Source: Candidatus Eiseniibacteriota bacterium (GTDB lineage Bacteria; Eisenbacteria; RBG-16-71-46). From it: a stretch of 64,000 bases of DNA. This document shows positions 52,243-61,676 of the stretch, in pieces; the stretch's first letter is position 1, and every line of letters starts with the position of its first letter. The stretch is from positions 1,088,001 to 1,152,000 of the forward strand of contig CAVQXP010000004.1 of assembly GCA_963717935.1 (NCBI GenBank), given 5' to 3'. A program made the translations under genes and the position numbers. A model generated the notes under the pieces. That model was not told the DNA's origin. It made no database searches and saw only the letters and a list, made by a program, of their open reading frames with translations.

Positions 52243-53245
52243 GTGAGAATCCTCGTCACCGGAGGCGCCGGCTTCATCGGTTCTCATCTCTCCGAAGGGC
52301 TCCTTGGGCGCGGGCATGAAGTCTGGGCCCTGGACGACCTCTCCACCGGGCGCCTCGAGAACCTGCGAACGTTCGAGCGTCATCCCCGCTTCCGCTTCCT
52401 CGAAGGCAACGTCATGGACCAGTCGCTGGTGAACGGGCTGGTGGCCCAGAGCGACCGGGTCTACCACCTGGCCGCCGCGGTCGGCGTCAAGTACGTGCTC
52501 GAGAACCCGCTGCGCTCGCTCATCACCAACATCCGCGGCACCGAGGTGGTGCTGCAGGCCTGCGCCGAGCACGAGCGCCGGGTGGTGCTGTTCTCCAGCA
52601 GCGAGGTCTACGGCAAGGGCGTGACCGTGCCCTTCTCCGAGGACGACGACCGGCTCCTGGGCCCGACGCAGCAAGCTGCGCTGGTCCTATGCCGCGGGCA
52701 AGACGGTGGACGAGTGCCTGGCCCAGGCCTACTGGCAGCAGCAGCAGCTCCCCGTGACGGTGGTGCGCTGCTTCAACACCTGCGGGCCGCGCCAGTCGAG
52801 CGCCTACGGCATGGTGATCCCGAACATGATCCAGCGTGCGCTGCGGCACGAGCCCATCCTGGTCTTCGGCGACGGCCAGCCAGAGCCGCTGCTTCTCGGC
52901 GGTGAGCGACGTGGTGCGCGGCGTGATGATGCTGGCCGACTGCAGGGGCACCGAGGGCGAGGTCTACAACATCGGCACCGACGAGGAGGTCACGGTCCTC
53001 GAGCTGGCGCAGCGGATCAAGGCGTTGTGCCAGAGCGACTCGGTCATCGAGTTCGTGGCGTACGAGGACATCTACGGCAGCCTCGTTCGAGGACATGCGC
53101 CGCCGCGTGCCGAACCTCGCGAAGATCCGGCGCGCCGTGGGCTACGAGCCGCAGGTCACGCTCGACCAGCTCCTGGAGGTCACCATCCGGGACACCTGCG
53201 AGCAGATTCGGGCTGTCGGTGCCGACGGGCCTGGCTACGGTCTAG
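52243..53245 (+). CDS. NAD-dependent nucleotide-sugar epimerase/dehydratase with about 4 apparent frameshifts
   Basis: TGGAGFIGSHL, HLAAAVGV, SSSEVYGK, WSYAAGK, FNTCGPRQ, YGMVIP, QSRCF and DMRRRVP in successive frames. Confidence 0.87.
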
Positions 53246-53273
53246 CCCGCGAGCCAGGCCCCGGACGCCCCCG

Positions 53274-54290
53274 ATGCTCCTGGCCGCCGCGTTCGGCCTC
53301 GCGCTGCTGCTTGGCCTCGCCCTGACCCCGGCCGGCATCCGCCTGGCCTGGACGACCGGTTACCTCGACCACCCCGAGGCCCGCAAGCTCCACACGTCGG
53401 CCACCGCGCTGCTGGGTGGCGCGGCGGTCTTCGTGAGCGGGCTGGCGGCGTGGGGGGTGCTCCACCTGGTGAGGCGCGGCGACTCGGCCCACGAGGCGCT
53501 GTTCCTGCTCGCCGGGGCGTTCATCGTGTTCCTGCTCGGTCTCTGGGACGACCGCTTCGGCATGGGCCCGTTGCTGAAGCTCGCCGGACAGACCGCGGCG
53601 GCGGCGGCCCTGCTGGCCTCGGGGCGGCTGCCGGGACTGGGTCTGCCGGTGCCGCTCGAGGTGGTGCTCACGCTGATCGCCCTGGTGGCGCTGATGAACG
53701 CCGTGAACTTCCTCGACAACATGAACGGCATGGTCGGGGGGATCGCCGCGATCACGCTGGCCGCCTTCGGCTGCACCTCGGCCGCGCGTGGGGCGATGGG
53801 CCTCGCGACCGCCCAGTTCGCCTTCGCCGGGGCCTGTGCGGGGTTCCTGCCCTATAACTTCCCCCGGGCCCGCATCTTCCTGGGGGACGCGGGCAGCCTC
53901 CTGTTGGGGTATAGTCTCGGCGCTTCGGCGGTGCTGGCCTGCGCGGCGGCCCCGCCGGGGTGGGGCCGGTTGGGTCCGCTGCTGCTGCTGGCCTACCCGG
54001 CATTCGACATGATCTTCGTCGTGGTCAACCGTCTGCGCGAGGGCCGCAAGGTCTACGAGGGCGGCAAGGACCACAGCAACCACCGACTGGCGAGTGTGAT
54101 CCGATGTCCGACGAGAACCGTCCTCCTGATGTGGTGCAGTTCGGCCGCCCTCTGCGCAAGCGGGCTCGCGGTCCTGTGGCTCAACCGGCCAGCCCCAGCC
54201 CTGCTGTTGTCGGGCCTGTGGATGGCCCTGCTGTCGTGGAGCGGGTTGAGACTGTCGTCCATCCCCGTCCAGCCGACGTCGCCCCGCTGA
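53274..54290 (+). CDS. MraY/WecA-family undecaprenyl-phosphate HexNAc-1-phosphate transferase
   Basis: D.P..RKLH, GLWDD, NAVNFLDNMNG, YNFPRARIFLGDAGS, DHSNHRL. Confidence 0.9.
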   Translation: MLLAAAFGLALLLGLALTPAGIRLAWTTGYLDHPEARKLHTSATALLGGAAVFVSGLAAWGVLHLVRRGDSAHEALFLLAGAFIVFLLGLWDDRFGMGPLLKLAGQTAAAAALLASGRLPGLGLPVPLEVVLTLIALVALMNAVNFLDNMNGMVGGIAAITLAAFGCTSAARGAMGLATAQFAFAGACAGFLPYNFPRARIFLGDAGSLLLGYSLGASAVLACAAAPPGWGRLGPLLLLAYPAFDMIFVVVNRLREGRKVYEGGKDHSNHRLASVIRCPTRTVLLMWCSSAALCASGLAVLWLNRPAPALLLSGLWMALLSWSGLRLSSIPVQPTSPR

Positions 54291-54325
54291 GCCCGCGGCC
54301 GGCGCCCGCGCCCCGCGCGGCGCGC

Positions 54326-54580
54326 GTGGCGGGCGAGGAGGACCAGCGGCTGCGCGACCTGATCGTGATGATGGCCCGTGGCCTGGTGGACCGTCCCGAC
54401 GACGTGGCGGTCGACGTCCTGGAGCCCGGCGAGGACGCCGTGTTCGAGTTGCGCGTGCACCCCGACGACCTGGGGCACGTCATCGGCAAGCAGGGACGCA
54501 CGGCGCGCTCGATGCGGCTCGCGCTCGGCGCCGCCGCGTCGCGGGTGGGCCGCAACGCGAACCTCGAGATCGCCGATTAG
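54326..54580 (+). CDS. khpA: KH-domain RNA-binding protein KhpA (start uncertain; could begin at ATG 54104)
   Basis: LVDRPDDV, LRVHPDDLGHVIGKQGRTA; position upstream of rimM-trmD. Confidence 0.92.
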   Translation: MAGEEDQRLRDLIVMMARGLVDRPDDVAVDVLEPGEDAVFELRVHPDDLGHVIGKQGRTARSMRLALGAAASRVGRNANLEIAD

Positions 54581-55101
54581 CGAGCGTCCTGCAGCGTCGC
54601 TGGTGCGGATCGGCCGCCTGGGCCGGACCCACGGGGTGCAGGGCGAGATCAACCTGGACGGGGCCTCGCTCACCCCGCTCGAGCTGCACGCGATCAGGCG
54701 CTTCGTCTGGCGTCGCGCGGGCGTGGCGGAGCGCGCGCTCACGCTCCTGACCGCGCGTCCCGCGCTCGCGCGCATGCTGGTGCGTTTCGAGGGTGTCACC
54801 GTGCGCGAGCAGGCGGCGGAGCTGACGAACGGCGAACTCTGGGCCGGCGCGGGAGGCGCTCCCCGATCCGGGGCCCGGGACGGCCTACACGTTCCAGCTC
54901 GTGGGCCTGCGCGTGGAGACCGAGGAGGGCCGGGCGCTGGGTGTCATCGCCGAGGTGATCTCGACCGGGGCGCACCCGGTCTACGCCGTGCGGGGCGCGC
55001 GCGAGCTGCTGGTGCCCGGAGCGCCCGGCGTGGTGAAGCGCGTGGACCTCGAGGCCGGCCTCATGGTCGTGGCCCTGCCGGCCGGGCTCGAGGAGCTGTG
55101 A
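54576..55101 (+). CDS. rimM: Ribosome maturation factor RimM (apparent frameshift near 54847; start ATT 54576 or GTG 54603)
   Basis: IGRLGRTHGVQGE, REQAAELTN, then shifted frame ALPDP...QLVGLRV...GAHPV...ELLVP...VDLEAG...LPAGL. Confidence 0.92.
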
Positions 55102-55108
55102 GGCGGAC

Positions 55109-55870
55109 GTGAGGATCTCGCTGCTGACGATCTTCCCGGACTTCTTCGGGCCCGCGCTCGACGAGGGCATGATCCGGCTCGCGCGCGAGAAGGGCCGGCT
55201 CGAGGTCGGCGTGGTCCACCTGCGCGACTTCACCGACGATTCCCACCGCTCGACCGACGACTACCCGTTCGGCGGGGGCGTGGGGATGATCATGAAGGTC
55301 GAGCCCATCGACCGGGCACTCCAGTCGCTCGCCGTGGGGGAGACGGGCGCGCGTCCGGCCGGTACGCGCGTGGTGCTCCTCTCTCCGCAGGGGCGGCCCT
55401 TCACGCAGGCGCGGGCCCTCGAGTACGCCACGCTCGAGCACCTGGTGCTGGTGAGCGGGCGCTACAAGGGCGTGGACGAGCGGGTGAGCGAGCACCTGGT
55501 GGACGAGGAGCTCTCGCTCGGCGACTTCGTGCTCTCGGGCGGCGAGCCGGCCGCGCTCTGCGTCGTGGACGCGGTGGCCCGCCTGCTGCCGGGCGTGGTC
55601 GGCACCTTCGACTCGGTGGAGGGCGACTCGTTCCACTCCGGGCTGCTCGACACGCCCTACTACACGCGCCCGGCTGAGTACCGCGGCTGGCCCGTGCCCG
55701 AGGTGCTGCTCTCGGGCCATCACGCCCAGATCGCCAAGGCCCGCCGCGAGGAGTCGCTGCGGCGCACGCTCGAGCGGCGCCCGGACCTGCTCGAGGCGGC
55801 CGAGTTGACGGACGACGAGGTCCGCTTCCTCAGGCGCCGGGGCTGGAAGGGCCGCGAGCCGCGGGGCTGA
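55109..55870 (+). CDS. trmD: tRNA (guanine37-N1)-methyltransferase
   Basis: LTIFP, DDYPFGGGVGM, LLSPQG, GRYKGVDER, SLGDFVLSGGE, YTRP, LLSGHH. Confidence 0.97.
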   Translation: MRISLLTIFPDFFGPALDEGMIRLAREKGRLEVGVVHLRDFTDDSHRSTDDYPFGGGVGMIMKVEPIDRALQSLAVGETGARPAGTRVVLLSPQGRPFTQARALEYATLEHLVLVSGRYKGVDERVSEHLVDEELSLGDFVLSGGEPAALCVVDAVARLLPGVVGTFDSVEGDSFHSGLLDTPYYTRPAEYRGWPVPEVLLSGHHAQIAKARREESLRRTLERRPDLLEAAELTDDEVRFLRRRGWKGREPRG

Positions 55871-55894
55871 AGCTCCCGGTCGGCGACCGGAGCG

Positions 55895-55949
55895 GGAACC
55901 CGGTGGGCGGCTGGAGGGGTAGTACCATCAGGACGTAGTACCGTCAGGA
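55895..55949 (+). repeat. 15-bp tandem direct repeat preceded by an ECF-like -35 element
   Basis: GTAGTACCATCAGGA (55919-55933) and GTAGTACCGTCAGGA (55935-55949); GGAACC at 55895-55900. Confidence 0.65.
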
Positions 55950-55956
55950 GGCCCCG

Positions 55957-56646
55957 ATGAGATCCGCGACCTTCCCCGTCTTCCTGGCCGTTGCCGTCGC
56001 CCTTGCCATCCCCGGCTGCTCGGTCGAGCGCCACGTCACGGGGCCGCTCCCCTGGCAGACCTCCGTGCGGTCTCCCGCGCCGGGCTCGCCGGCGAACGCG
56101 ATCCGCCTCTTCGAGTGGGGGTGGAACAACCGCGACCTCGACGCGTTCAAGAACCTCCTGACGGCCGACTTCCGCTTCGTCTTCGCGCTGAGCGATTCGG
56201 CGGGCAACCTGTTCCGCGACGAGCCGTTCGGCCGGGAGCAGATGCTCGGCTGCCTGAGGAATCTCTTCACGGGCGGCGGCCCGGAGCCGCCGGCCACCAG
56301 CATCCGCCTGGTCCTGGACCCGGAACTCCTCGTGCTCCCCGACAGCCGGGCGGGCATGGACCCGGCGTGGCACAAGGAGATCGTCACGAGCGTGGACCTC
56401 GCCATCAAGACTGCGGCCGGTGCGGAGTACCGTGTCGTGGGCAACGCCCGCTTCTTCGTGGTGCGCGGGGACTCCGCCCTGATCCCCCAGGAACTGGGTC
56501 TCGTCCCCGACTCCACCCGCTGGTTCATCCAGCGCTGGCAGGACGAGACCCTCCAGGGGGCCGGGGCGATGCTCCGGGCGCTCCCGGCGGCGCCCCAGCC
56601 TGCGGACAACGTGACCTGGGGACAGATCCTCGCCCTTTACTACTAG
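55957..56646 (+). CDS. Hypothetical lipoprotein, NTF2-like pattern, C-terminal TWG motif
   Basis: AGGAGG SD, lipobox IPGC, WNNRDLDAFKNLLTADFRFVF, WFIQRWQD, ends NVTWGQILALYY. Confidence 0.8.
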   Translation: MRSATFPVFLAVAVALAIPGCSVERHVTGPLPWQTSVRSPAPGSPANAIRLFEWGWNNRDLDAFKNLLTADFRFVFALSDSAGNLFRDEPFGREQMLGCLRNLFTGGGPEPPATSIRLVLDPELLVLPDSRAGMDPAWHKEIVTSVDLAIKTAAGAEYRVVGNARFFVVRGDSALIPQELGLVPDSTRWFIQRWQDETLQGAGAMLRALPAAPQPADNVTWGQILALYY

Positions 56647-56736
56647 GCTCGCGGGGCGCCCCGGCACTGGCCGGGCGGACACGGACCCGCGCCGGGCACC
56701 CCGTCCGTCCCCGGTATCCGGCCCTCCGGGGCGGAC

Positions 56737-56765
56737 TTGGCGCCCCGGCCCACCTCTCGTATAAT
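56737..56765 (+). promoter_or_regulatory. Sigma70 promoter of rplS
   Basis: TTGGCG-17 nt-TATAAT. Confidence 0.75.
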
Positions 56766-56825
56766 GCGCGACCGCCATGTTCGCCCGGTTACCGATGACT
56801 TGGGCGTGAGGAAAAGGAGACCATC

Positions 56826-57197
56826 ATGGGCCTGATTGAGAAGATCGAGGCCGCTCAGCTCAAGTCGGATCGACCGGAGCTTCGCCCTGGCGACACCGTG
56901 GAGGTCGCGGTGCGCGTGATCGAAGGCGACAAGGAGCGGCAGCAGAAGTTCCGCGGAGAGATCATCAACGTGCGCGGCGCGGGAGTCCGCAAGACCTTCA
57001 CGGTACGCAAGATCTCGGACGGCATCGGGGTGGAGCGCACCTTCCCGCTGCACAGCCCCGCCGTCGGCGAGATCAAGGTGCTCAAGCACTCGAAGGTCCG
57101 CCGCGCGAAGCTGTTCTACCTGCGGCACAAGACCGGCAAGGCCGCCCGCCTCACGGAGAAGAAGACCGTGGCGAGGGAGCGCGCGCCGGAGGCGTAG
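56826..57197 (+). CDS. rplS: 50S ribosomal protein L19
   Basis: PGDTVEV..RVIEGDKERQQ.F.G, TFTVRKIS.GIGVERTFP, VRRAKLFYLR. Confidence 0.98.
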   Translation: MGLIEKIEAAQLKSDRPELRPGDTVEVAVRVIEGDKERQQKFRGEIINVRGAGVRKTFTVRKISDGIGVERTFPLHSPAVGEIKVLKHSKVRRAKLFYLRHKTGKAARLTEKKTVARERAPEA

Positions 57198-57200
57198 GGC

Positions 57201-57830
57201 ATGGAGCCCTGGCGCCGGCTCGCCCGCGCGGAAGCGCGGCTCGCCGGTGAAGCCGTCACCGTGGCCGGCGTGGACGAGGTCGGCCGCGGTCCCCTGGCCG
57301 GGCCGGTCGTGGCCGCCGCGGTCGTGCTGGATGCGCGGCGCGGCTGGGACGGCGTGAACGACAGCAAGAAGCTCTCGCCCGCCGCACGGGAGGCGGTCTA
57401 CGCCCGGGTCCTGCAGGAGGCCCGGGCTTTCGCGTGGGCGGTGGTGGGGCCGCGCACCATCGACGTGCTCAACATCCGCCAGGCGAGCCTCGAGGCCATG
57501 CGCCGGGCGGTCGTGCGTCTGCCGCTCGCGCCCGACCTGGTGCTGGTGGACGGCAACGACCGCGTGCCCGGGCTCGCGTACCGCCAGCAGTCGGTCATCT
57601 CGGGCGATGCGCACCTGCTCTCGGTGGCCGCGGCCTCGGTCGTTGCCAAGGTGGTCCGCGACCGCATCATGGAGCGTTTGGACCGCGTCTGGCCCGACTA
57701 TGGCTTTGCCCGCCACAAGGGCTACGGCACGCCGGAGCACATCGCCGCCCTGGGCCGGTTCGGGCCCTGCCCGCTCCACCGCTTCTCGTTCGCGCCGGTG
57801 CGCGTGCAACGCCTGGTACATTTCACCTAG
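57201..57830 (+). CDS. rnhB: Ribonuclease HII
   Basis: AGVDEVGRGPLAGPVVAAAV, DSKKL, VLVDG, AAASVVAKV.RD, HKGYGT. Confidence 0.97.
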   Translation: MEPWRRLARAEARLAGEAVTVAGVDEVGRGPLAGPVVAAAVVLDARRGWDGVNDSKKLSPAAREAVYARVLQEARAFAWAVVGPRTIDVLNIRQASLEAMRRAVVRLPLAPDLVLVDGNDRVPGLAYRQQSVISGDAHLLSVAAASVVAKVVRDRIMERLDRVWPDYGFARHKGYGTPEHIAALGRFGPCPLHRFSFAPVRVQRLVHFT

Positions 57831-57870
57831 ACTGGGCCAGGCTCCCGCACCGCCCCCGCGGAGCGACATC

Positions 57871-58224
57871 ATGGGATTGGCGCAGGAGCGCGGCCGCGCG
57901 GGCGAGGCCCTGGCCGCCGCCTACCTCGAACTCGCGGGGCTCGAGGTGACGCGGCGCAACGTGCGGCTCGCGGGCGTCGAGGTGGACCTGGTGGCGCGCG
58001 AGGGTCGCGCGCGGGTGGTGGTCGAAGTGAAACTGCGCAACCGCTCGGACTACGGCGGCGCGGTCGGGGCCGTGGACGAGCGCAAACGCGTGCGGCTGCG
58101 GCGCGCGGCGCTGGCGTTGCTGGCCGAGGAGGGAGGCCCGGTGCGGGTGGACGTCGTGGCGATGGACCTCACGGCCGAGGGGCTGACGTTGCGGCACGTC
58201 CGCGACGCGGTCCAGGGGGGCTGA
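57871..58224 (+). CDS. yraN: YraN (UPF0102) family protein
   Basis: G..GE..AAAYL, RN.R....EVDLVA, VEVK.R, RVDVVA; follows rnhB. Confidence 0.92.
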   Translation: MGLAQERGRAGEALAAAYLELAGLEVTRRNVRLAGVEVDLVAREGRARVVVEVKLRNRSDYGGAVGAVDERKRVRLRRAALALLAEEGGPVRVDVVAMDLTAEGLTLRHVRDAVQGG

Positions 58225-58228
58225 GCCG

Positions 58229-59603
58229 ATGAAGGTCCCGCGCCTCCCGCTCACGCGCCGCCTGCGCGCGCGGCTCCGGGCCCAGCGGCGCTGGTGGCGT
58301 GCCCGCTGGCGCGACACCGCGCGCGGCGAGGTGCTGTTCCCGCCGGTCGGCCATGGCATGGTCGCGGTGGAGACCCTGGCGGGCTCGAGCGCCGAGCCCG
58401 GCGGCGAGAGCGCCACGACGGGACCGCGCATCGCCGTGCTCCACGCCACCGCGGGCAGCGGCCACAAGCGCGCCGCCGAGGCGCTGGCCGCGGCGGTCTC
58501 CGTGCTCGAGCCGGAGGCCACCGTGCGCGAGGTGGACACGCTGGTCTTCGCCTCGCGCCTCTACCGGGGCACCTACGCGGCCTCGTACAACACCATGGCC
58601 CAGCACGCGCCGCGGCTCTGGGGCGTGCTCTACCACTCCTGGACGATGGCCCCGGTGAACCGGAGCACCGCGCCGGTGCGGCTCACGCTCGACCGGCTCA
58701 ACCTGCGCCGCCTGGTGCGCGTGGTCGAGCGCGAGCAGCCGGCCGCGGTCGTGTGCACGCACTTCCTGCCGGTCGAGGCGCTCTCGCCGCAGCGCGGCGC
58801 GCGGCCTGGGCGCGCCGCTCTACTGCGTGATCACCGATTTCGCGGCGCACCCCTTCTGGGTGTTCCCGCACGTGGACCGCTATTTCGTCGCGGCGGATGC
58901 CGTGGCGGACGAGCTGGCGGGCCGCGGGGTGCCGCGCCGCCGGATCGAGGTGACCGGCATCCCGGTGGACCCGCGCTTCGCGCGCCGGATCGGCCGCGAG
59001 GCGGCGCGGGCGCACTTCGGGCTCGACCCGGACCGGCCGCTGGTGCTGGTGATGGGCGGGGGCAGTGGCGTGGGGCCTCTGGCGCGAGCTGGCCGAACGC
59101 CTCACCGGGCTCGCGCTCGGGCACGCAGGTGCTGGTGGTGTGCGGCACCAACGCGAGATTGCGCGACGAGATCGACGCACCTGCCCGCCGGCCGCACCGG
59201 GCGCATCCGCACCCTGGGCTTCAGCCAGGAGGTGGACGTGCTGCTCGAGGCCTGCGACGTGGTGGTGGGGAAGGCCGGCGGGCTGACCTGCTCGGAGGCG
59301 CTCATCAAGCGCGCGCCGCTCGTGGTCTTCAAGCCGACGCCGGGGCAGGAGGTGCTCAACGCCCGCTTCCTCGCCTCGGCCGGCGCGGCCGTGCTCGCCG
59401 AATCGGTCGAGGACGTGACGGCCACGGTGGCGCACTGGCTCGCGAACCCCGCGGCGCGCGAGCGGGTGCGCGAGGCGCAGTCCCGCATCGCCCGGCCCGA
59501 CGCGGCCGAGGCCATCGCCCGCCGGGTGCTCGGCGACATCGGGGCGCTGCGCGCGGCCGCGCCGGCCGCCGGCACTCTTGACCGGCCCGCGGCCGGAACG
59601 TAG
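58229..59603 (+). CDS. MGDG synthase/UgtP-like glycolipid glycosyltransferase (GT28) with several apparent frameshifts
   Basis: TAGSGHKRAAEAL, VVCTHFLP, VITDF.AHPFW, TGIPV, VMGGGSG, VVCGTN, KAGGLTCSEAL, PGQE..NA. Confidence 0.88.
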
Positions 59604-59664
59604 GTTCGGTCCGGGTTCTCGAGTCCGTCGTCATCGCCATCCACTCCCGGGAGACGAGCCCAGC

Positions 59665-60199
59665 GTGTCCAGGATCTTCGTCCGCGACTTCACGGTCCCG
59701 GAGGCCGCGATCGACGTGAACGGCCACGTCAACAACCTCGAGTACCTGCGCTGGATGCAGGACATCGCCGTCGAGCACTCGGCCGCCCGGGGCTGGCCGC
59801 TGGAGCGCTACCGGGCGACCCGCACCGCCTGGGTCGTGCGGTCGCACTCGATCGAGTACCTGCGTCCGGCCTTCGCGGGGGACGCGCTCTCGCTGCTCAC
59901 CTGGGTGGCCGACCTGCGCCCGCGCAGCTCGCTGCGCAAGTACCTGCTCTGGAGGACGAGCGACCGGCAGATCCTGGCCCGGGCCGAGACCCTGTGGGTG
60001 CTTCGTGGAACTCGATACCGGCCGGGCGCGCCCCATCCCCGAGGAGCTGCGCTCCTCGTTCGAGGTCGTCTCCGACCAGGACGAGGTGCTGCGCCTGCTG
60101 CGCCACGGCGATGCGGTGAGCCCGCACCCCCCTGCGAAGACCGCCGATGGACGGGCTGGATCCCCACGCCCGGCGCCGCGCGACGCGGTCCACGAGTAG
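59665..60199 (+). CDS. Hotdog-fold acyl-CoA thioesterase (4HBT/YbgC-like), apparent frameshift near 60000
   Basis: IDVNGHVNNLEYLRWMQD, IEYLRPA, continuing as FVELDTGRARPIPEEL in the next frame. Confidence 0.88.
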
Positions 60200-60227
60200 T
60201 CCAGGCCAGCCCCAAGGGAGACCCTTC

Positions 60228-60866
60228 ATGAACCCGTTCACGACCGGATTGCTGGTGGTGGCTGGCGTCGCGCTGGCCGCCTGGCTCCTGCGCCGCTTCT
60301 CGGGTGACGCGGGCATCGACCGCGAGACGCTCTCGGGGCGGACGGGCGAGCCGGGGCACGCGGTGCCGCCCGCCTCCGCGCCCGAGGACGAGTTCGAGGA
60401 CGACGAGGCCGACGAGTCCGGCGAGATCGCCGCCATCACCTCGGACGGCTGGATGTTCATCCCCTTCGAGAAGGGCGTGCAGCTGCTGACCCCGGCGAGC
60501 CCCGAGGATCTGACCGAGGAGCTCGCGACCCAGGCGGTCTCGCGCGGCCGGGTGGCCGGCATGCTCTCGTGCGGCGATCTCGTCGCGGCGCGCATCGTGC
60601 GCGGCGCGCCCAGCGTGGACCCGTGGCGGCTCGAGGCCCTGGGCCGCGACCGCGAGTACCTGTCGTGGGGCTTCGAGACCGAGGACGCCGCGCACGCGGC
60701 GCTCGACCTGCTCGGGCGCATCGTCGTGCGGGTGCCGATGGATGCCGATGGCGAGCCCCTCGCCGCGGGGGCCGCGGAGTTCGAGGAGGCACGGCGGGTA
60801 CACGAGCAGACCGAGCAGGAGCTGGCGATGATGCCCGAGGTGGAAGAGCCCGAGGAGCCGAGGTGA
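60228..60866 (+). CDS. Hypothetical membrane-anchored acidic protein
   Basis: SD AAGGGAG, N-terminal TM helix, high-GC3 codon usage, GTGA overlap with the next gene. Confidence 0.75.
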   Translation: MNPFTTGLLVVAGVALAAWLLRRFSGDAGIDRETLSGRTGEPGHAVPPASAPEDEFEDDEADESGEIAAITSDGWMFIPFEKGVQLLTPASPEDLTEELATQAVSRGRVAGMLSCGDLVAARIVRGAPSVDPWRLEALGRDREYLSWGFETEDAAHAALDLLGRIVVRVPMDADGEPLAAGAAEFEEARRVHEQTEQELAMMPEVEEPEEPR

Positions 60867-61669
60867 CGCCCGCCACCCACCTGCCCGGGCACGAGGTCGC
60901 GATCGAGCGGCGCGAGGACCTCCCGTTCCTGGTCGAGCACTGGTACCTGGGTTCGCGCACCCGGCGCTACATGATGGTGCGGCGCTTCCGCGAGGTGCTG
61001 GAGCACGCCGCGCTCGAGCCGGGACTGCGCGTGCTCGACGTCGGCTGCGGCTGGGCCTACGGGAGCCACTGGGCGAACGCGCTGGGCTGCGAGGTCTGCG
61101 GCATCGATCTCGCGCACGACCAGCTCGCCTGGGCGCGGCGCGGGCTCGCGGACGGCGCGCGCCTGGGGCTCACGCAGGCCAACGCCAGGACGCTCCCGTT
61201 CCGCGGCGCCGCCTTCGACCGCGTCTTCTCGGTGGAGACCATGGAGCACGTCTTCCGGCCGGACCGGCCCGCGGTCTACGCCGAGCTGGCGCGCGTGCTC
61301 AAGCGGGGCGGACGGCTCGCGCTCTCCACCCCCAACCCTTCCTCGCCCATCGAGGCGGCCAAGCGGCTGGCGGTCCGCTGGCCCGCGTTCCGCCGGGCGC
61401 TGCCCTCTTCGTGCTTCCCCGAGGCGGCCGACGACCTCACGTCCTACCATCCGTACCGCTACCATCACCCGCTCCTGCCGTCGGAACTCGTGAGCGGGCT
61501 CGCCGCATCCGGCTTCAAGGTGCTGGGCACGACCCGCTTCCTCTGGGTGCCGAAGACGCTGCCCGGGCCGCTGCTGGGTGCGGGGCGCCTGGCCGAGCGC
61601 GCGCTCGAGTCGCTGCCGCTCCTGCGGCGCATGGGTGCGACGACGCTGGTCTGGGCGGAGCGGCGCTGA
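60863..61669 (+). CDS. Class I SAM methyltransferase
   Basis: VLDVGCGWA, GIDL, LPF...FDRV...ETMEHV, RVLKRGG...STPN. Confidence 0.9.
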   Translation: MTPATHLPGHEVAIERREDLPFLVEHWYLGSRTRRYMMVRRFREVLEHAALEPGLRVLDVGCGWAYGSHWANALGCEVCGIDLAHDQLAWARRGLADGARLGLTQANARTLPFRGAAFDRVFSVETMEHVFRPDRPAVYAELARVLKRGGRLALSTPNPSSPIEAAKRLAVRWPAFRRALPSSCFPEAADDLTSYHPYRYHHPLLPSELVSGLAASGFKVLGTTRFLWVPKTLPGPLLGAGRLAERALESLPLLRRMGATTLVWAERR

Positions 61670-61676
61670 GGTGGGC

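Noticed and set aside
55919..55949. CRISPR-like repeat
   Set aside because: Only two 15-bp copies separated by 1 nt; no spacers or cas genes
56783..56806. L19 leader autoregulatory RNA
   Set aside because: A small hairpin is present, but I cannot match it to the known L19 leader without a covariance search
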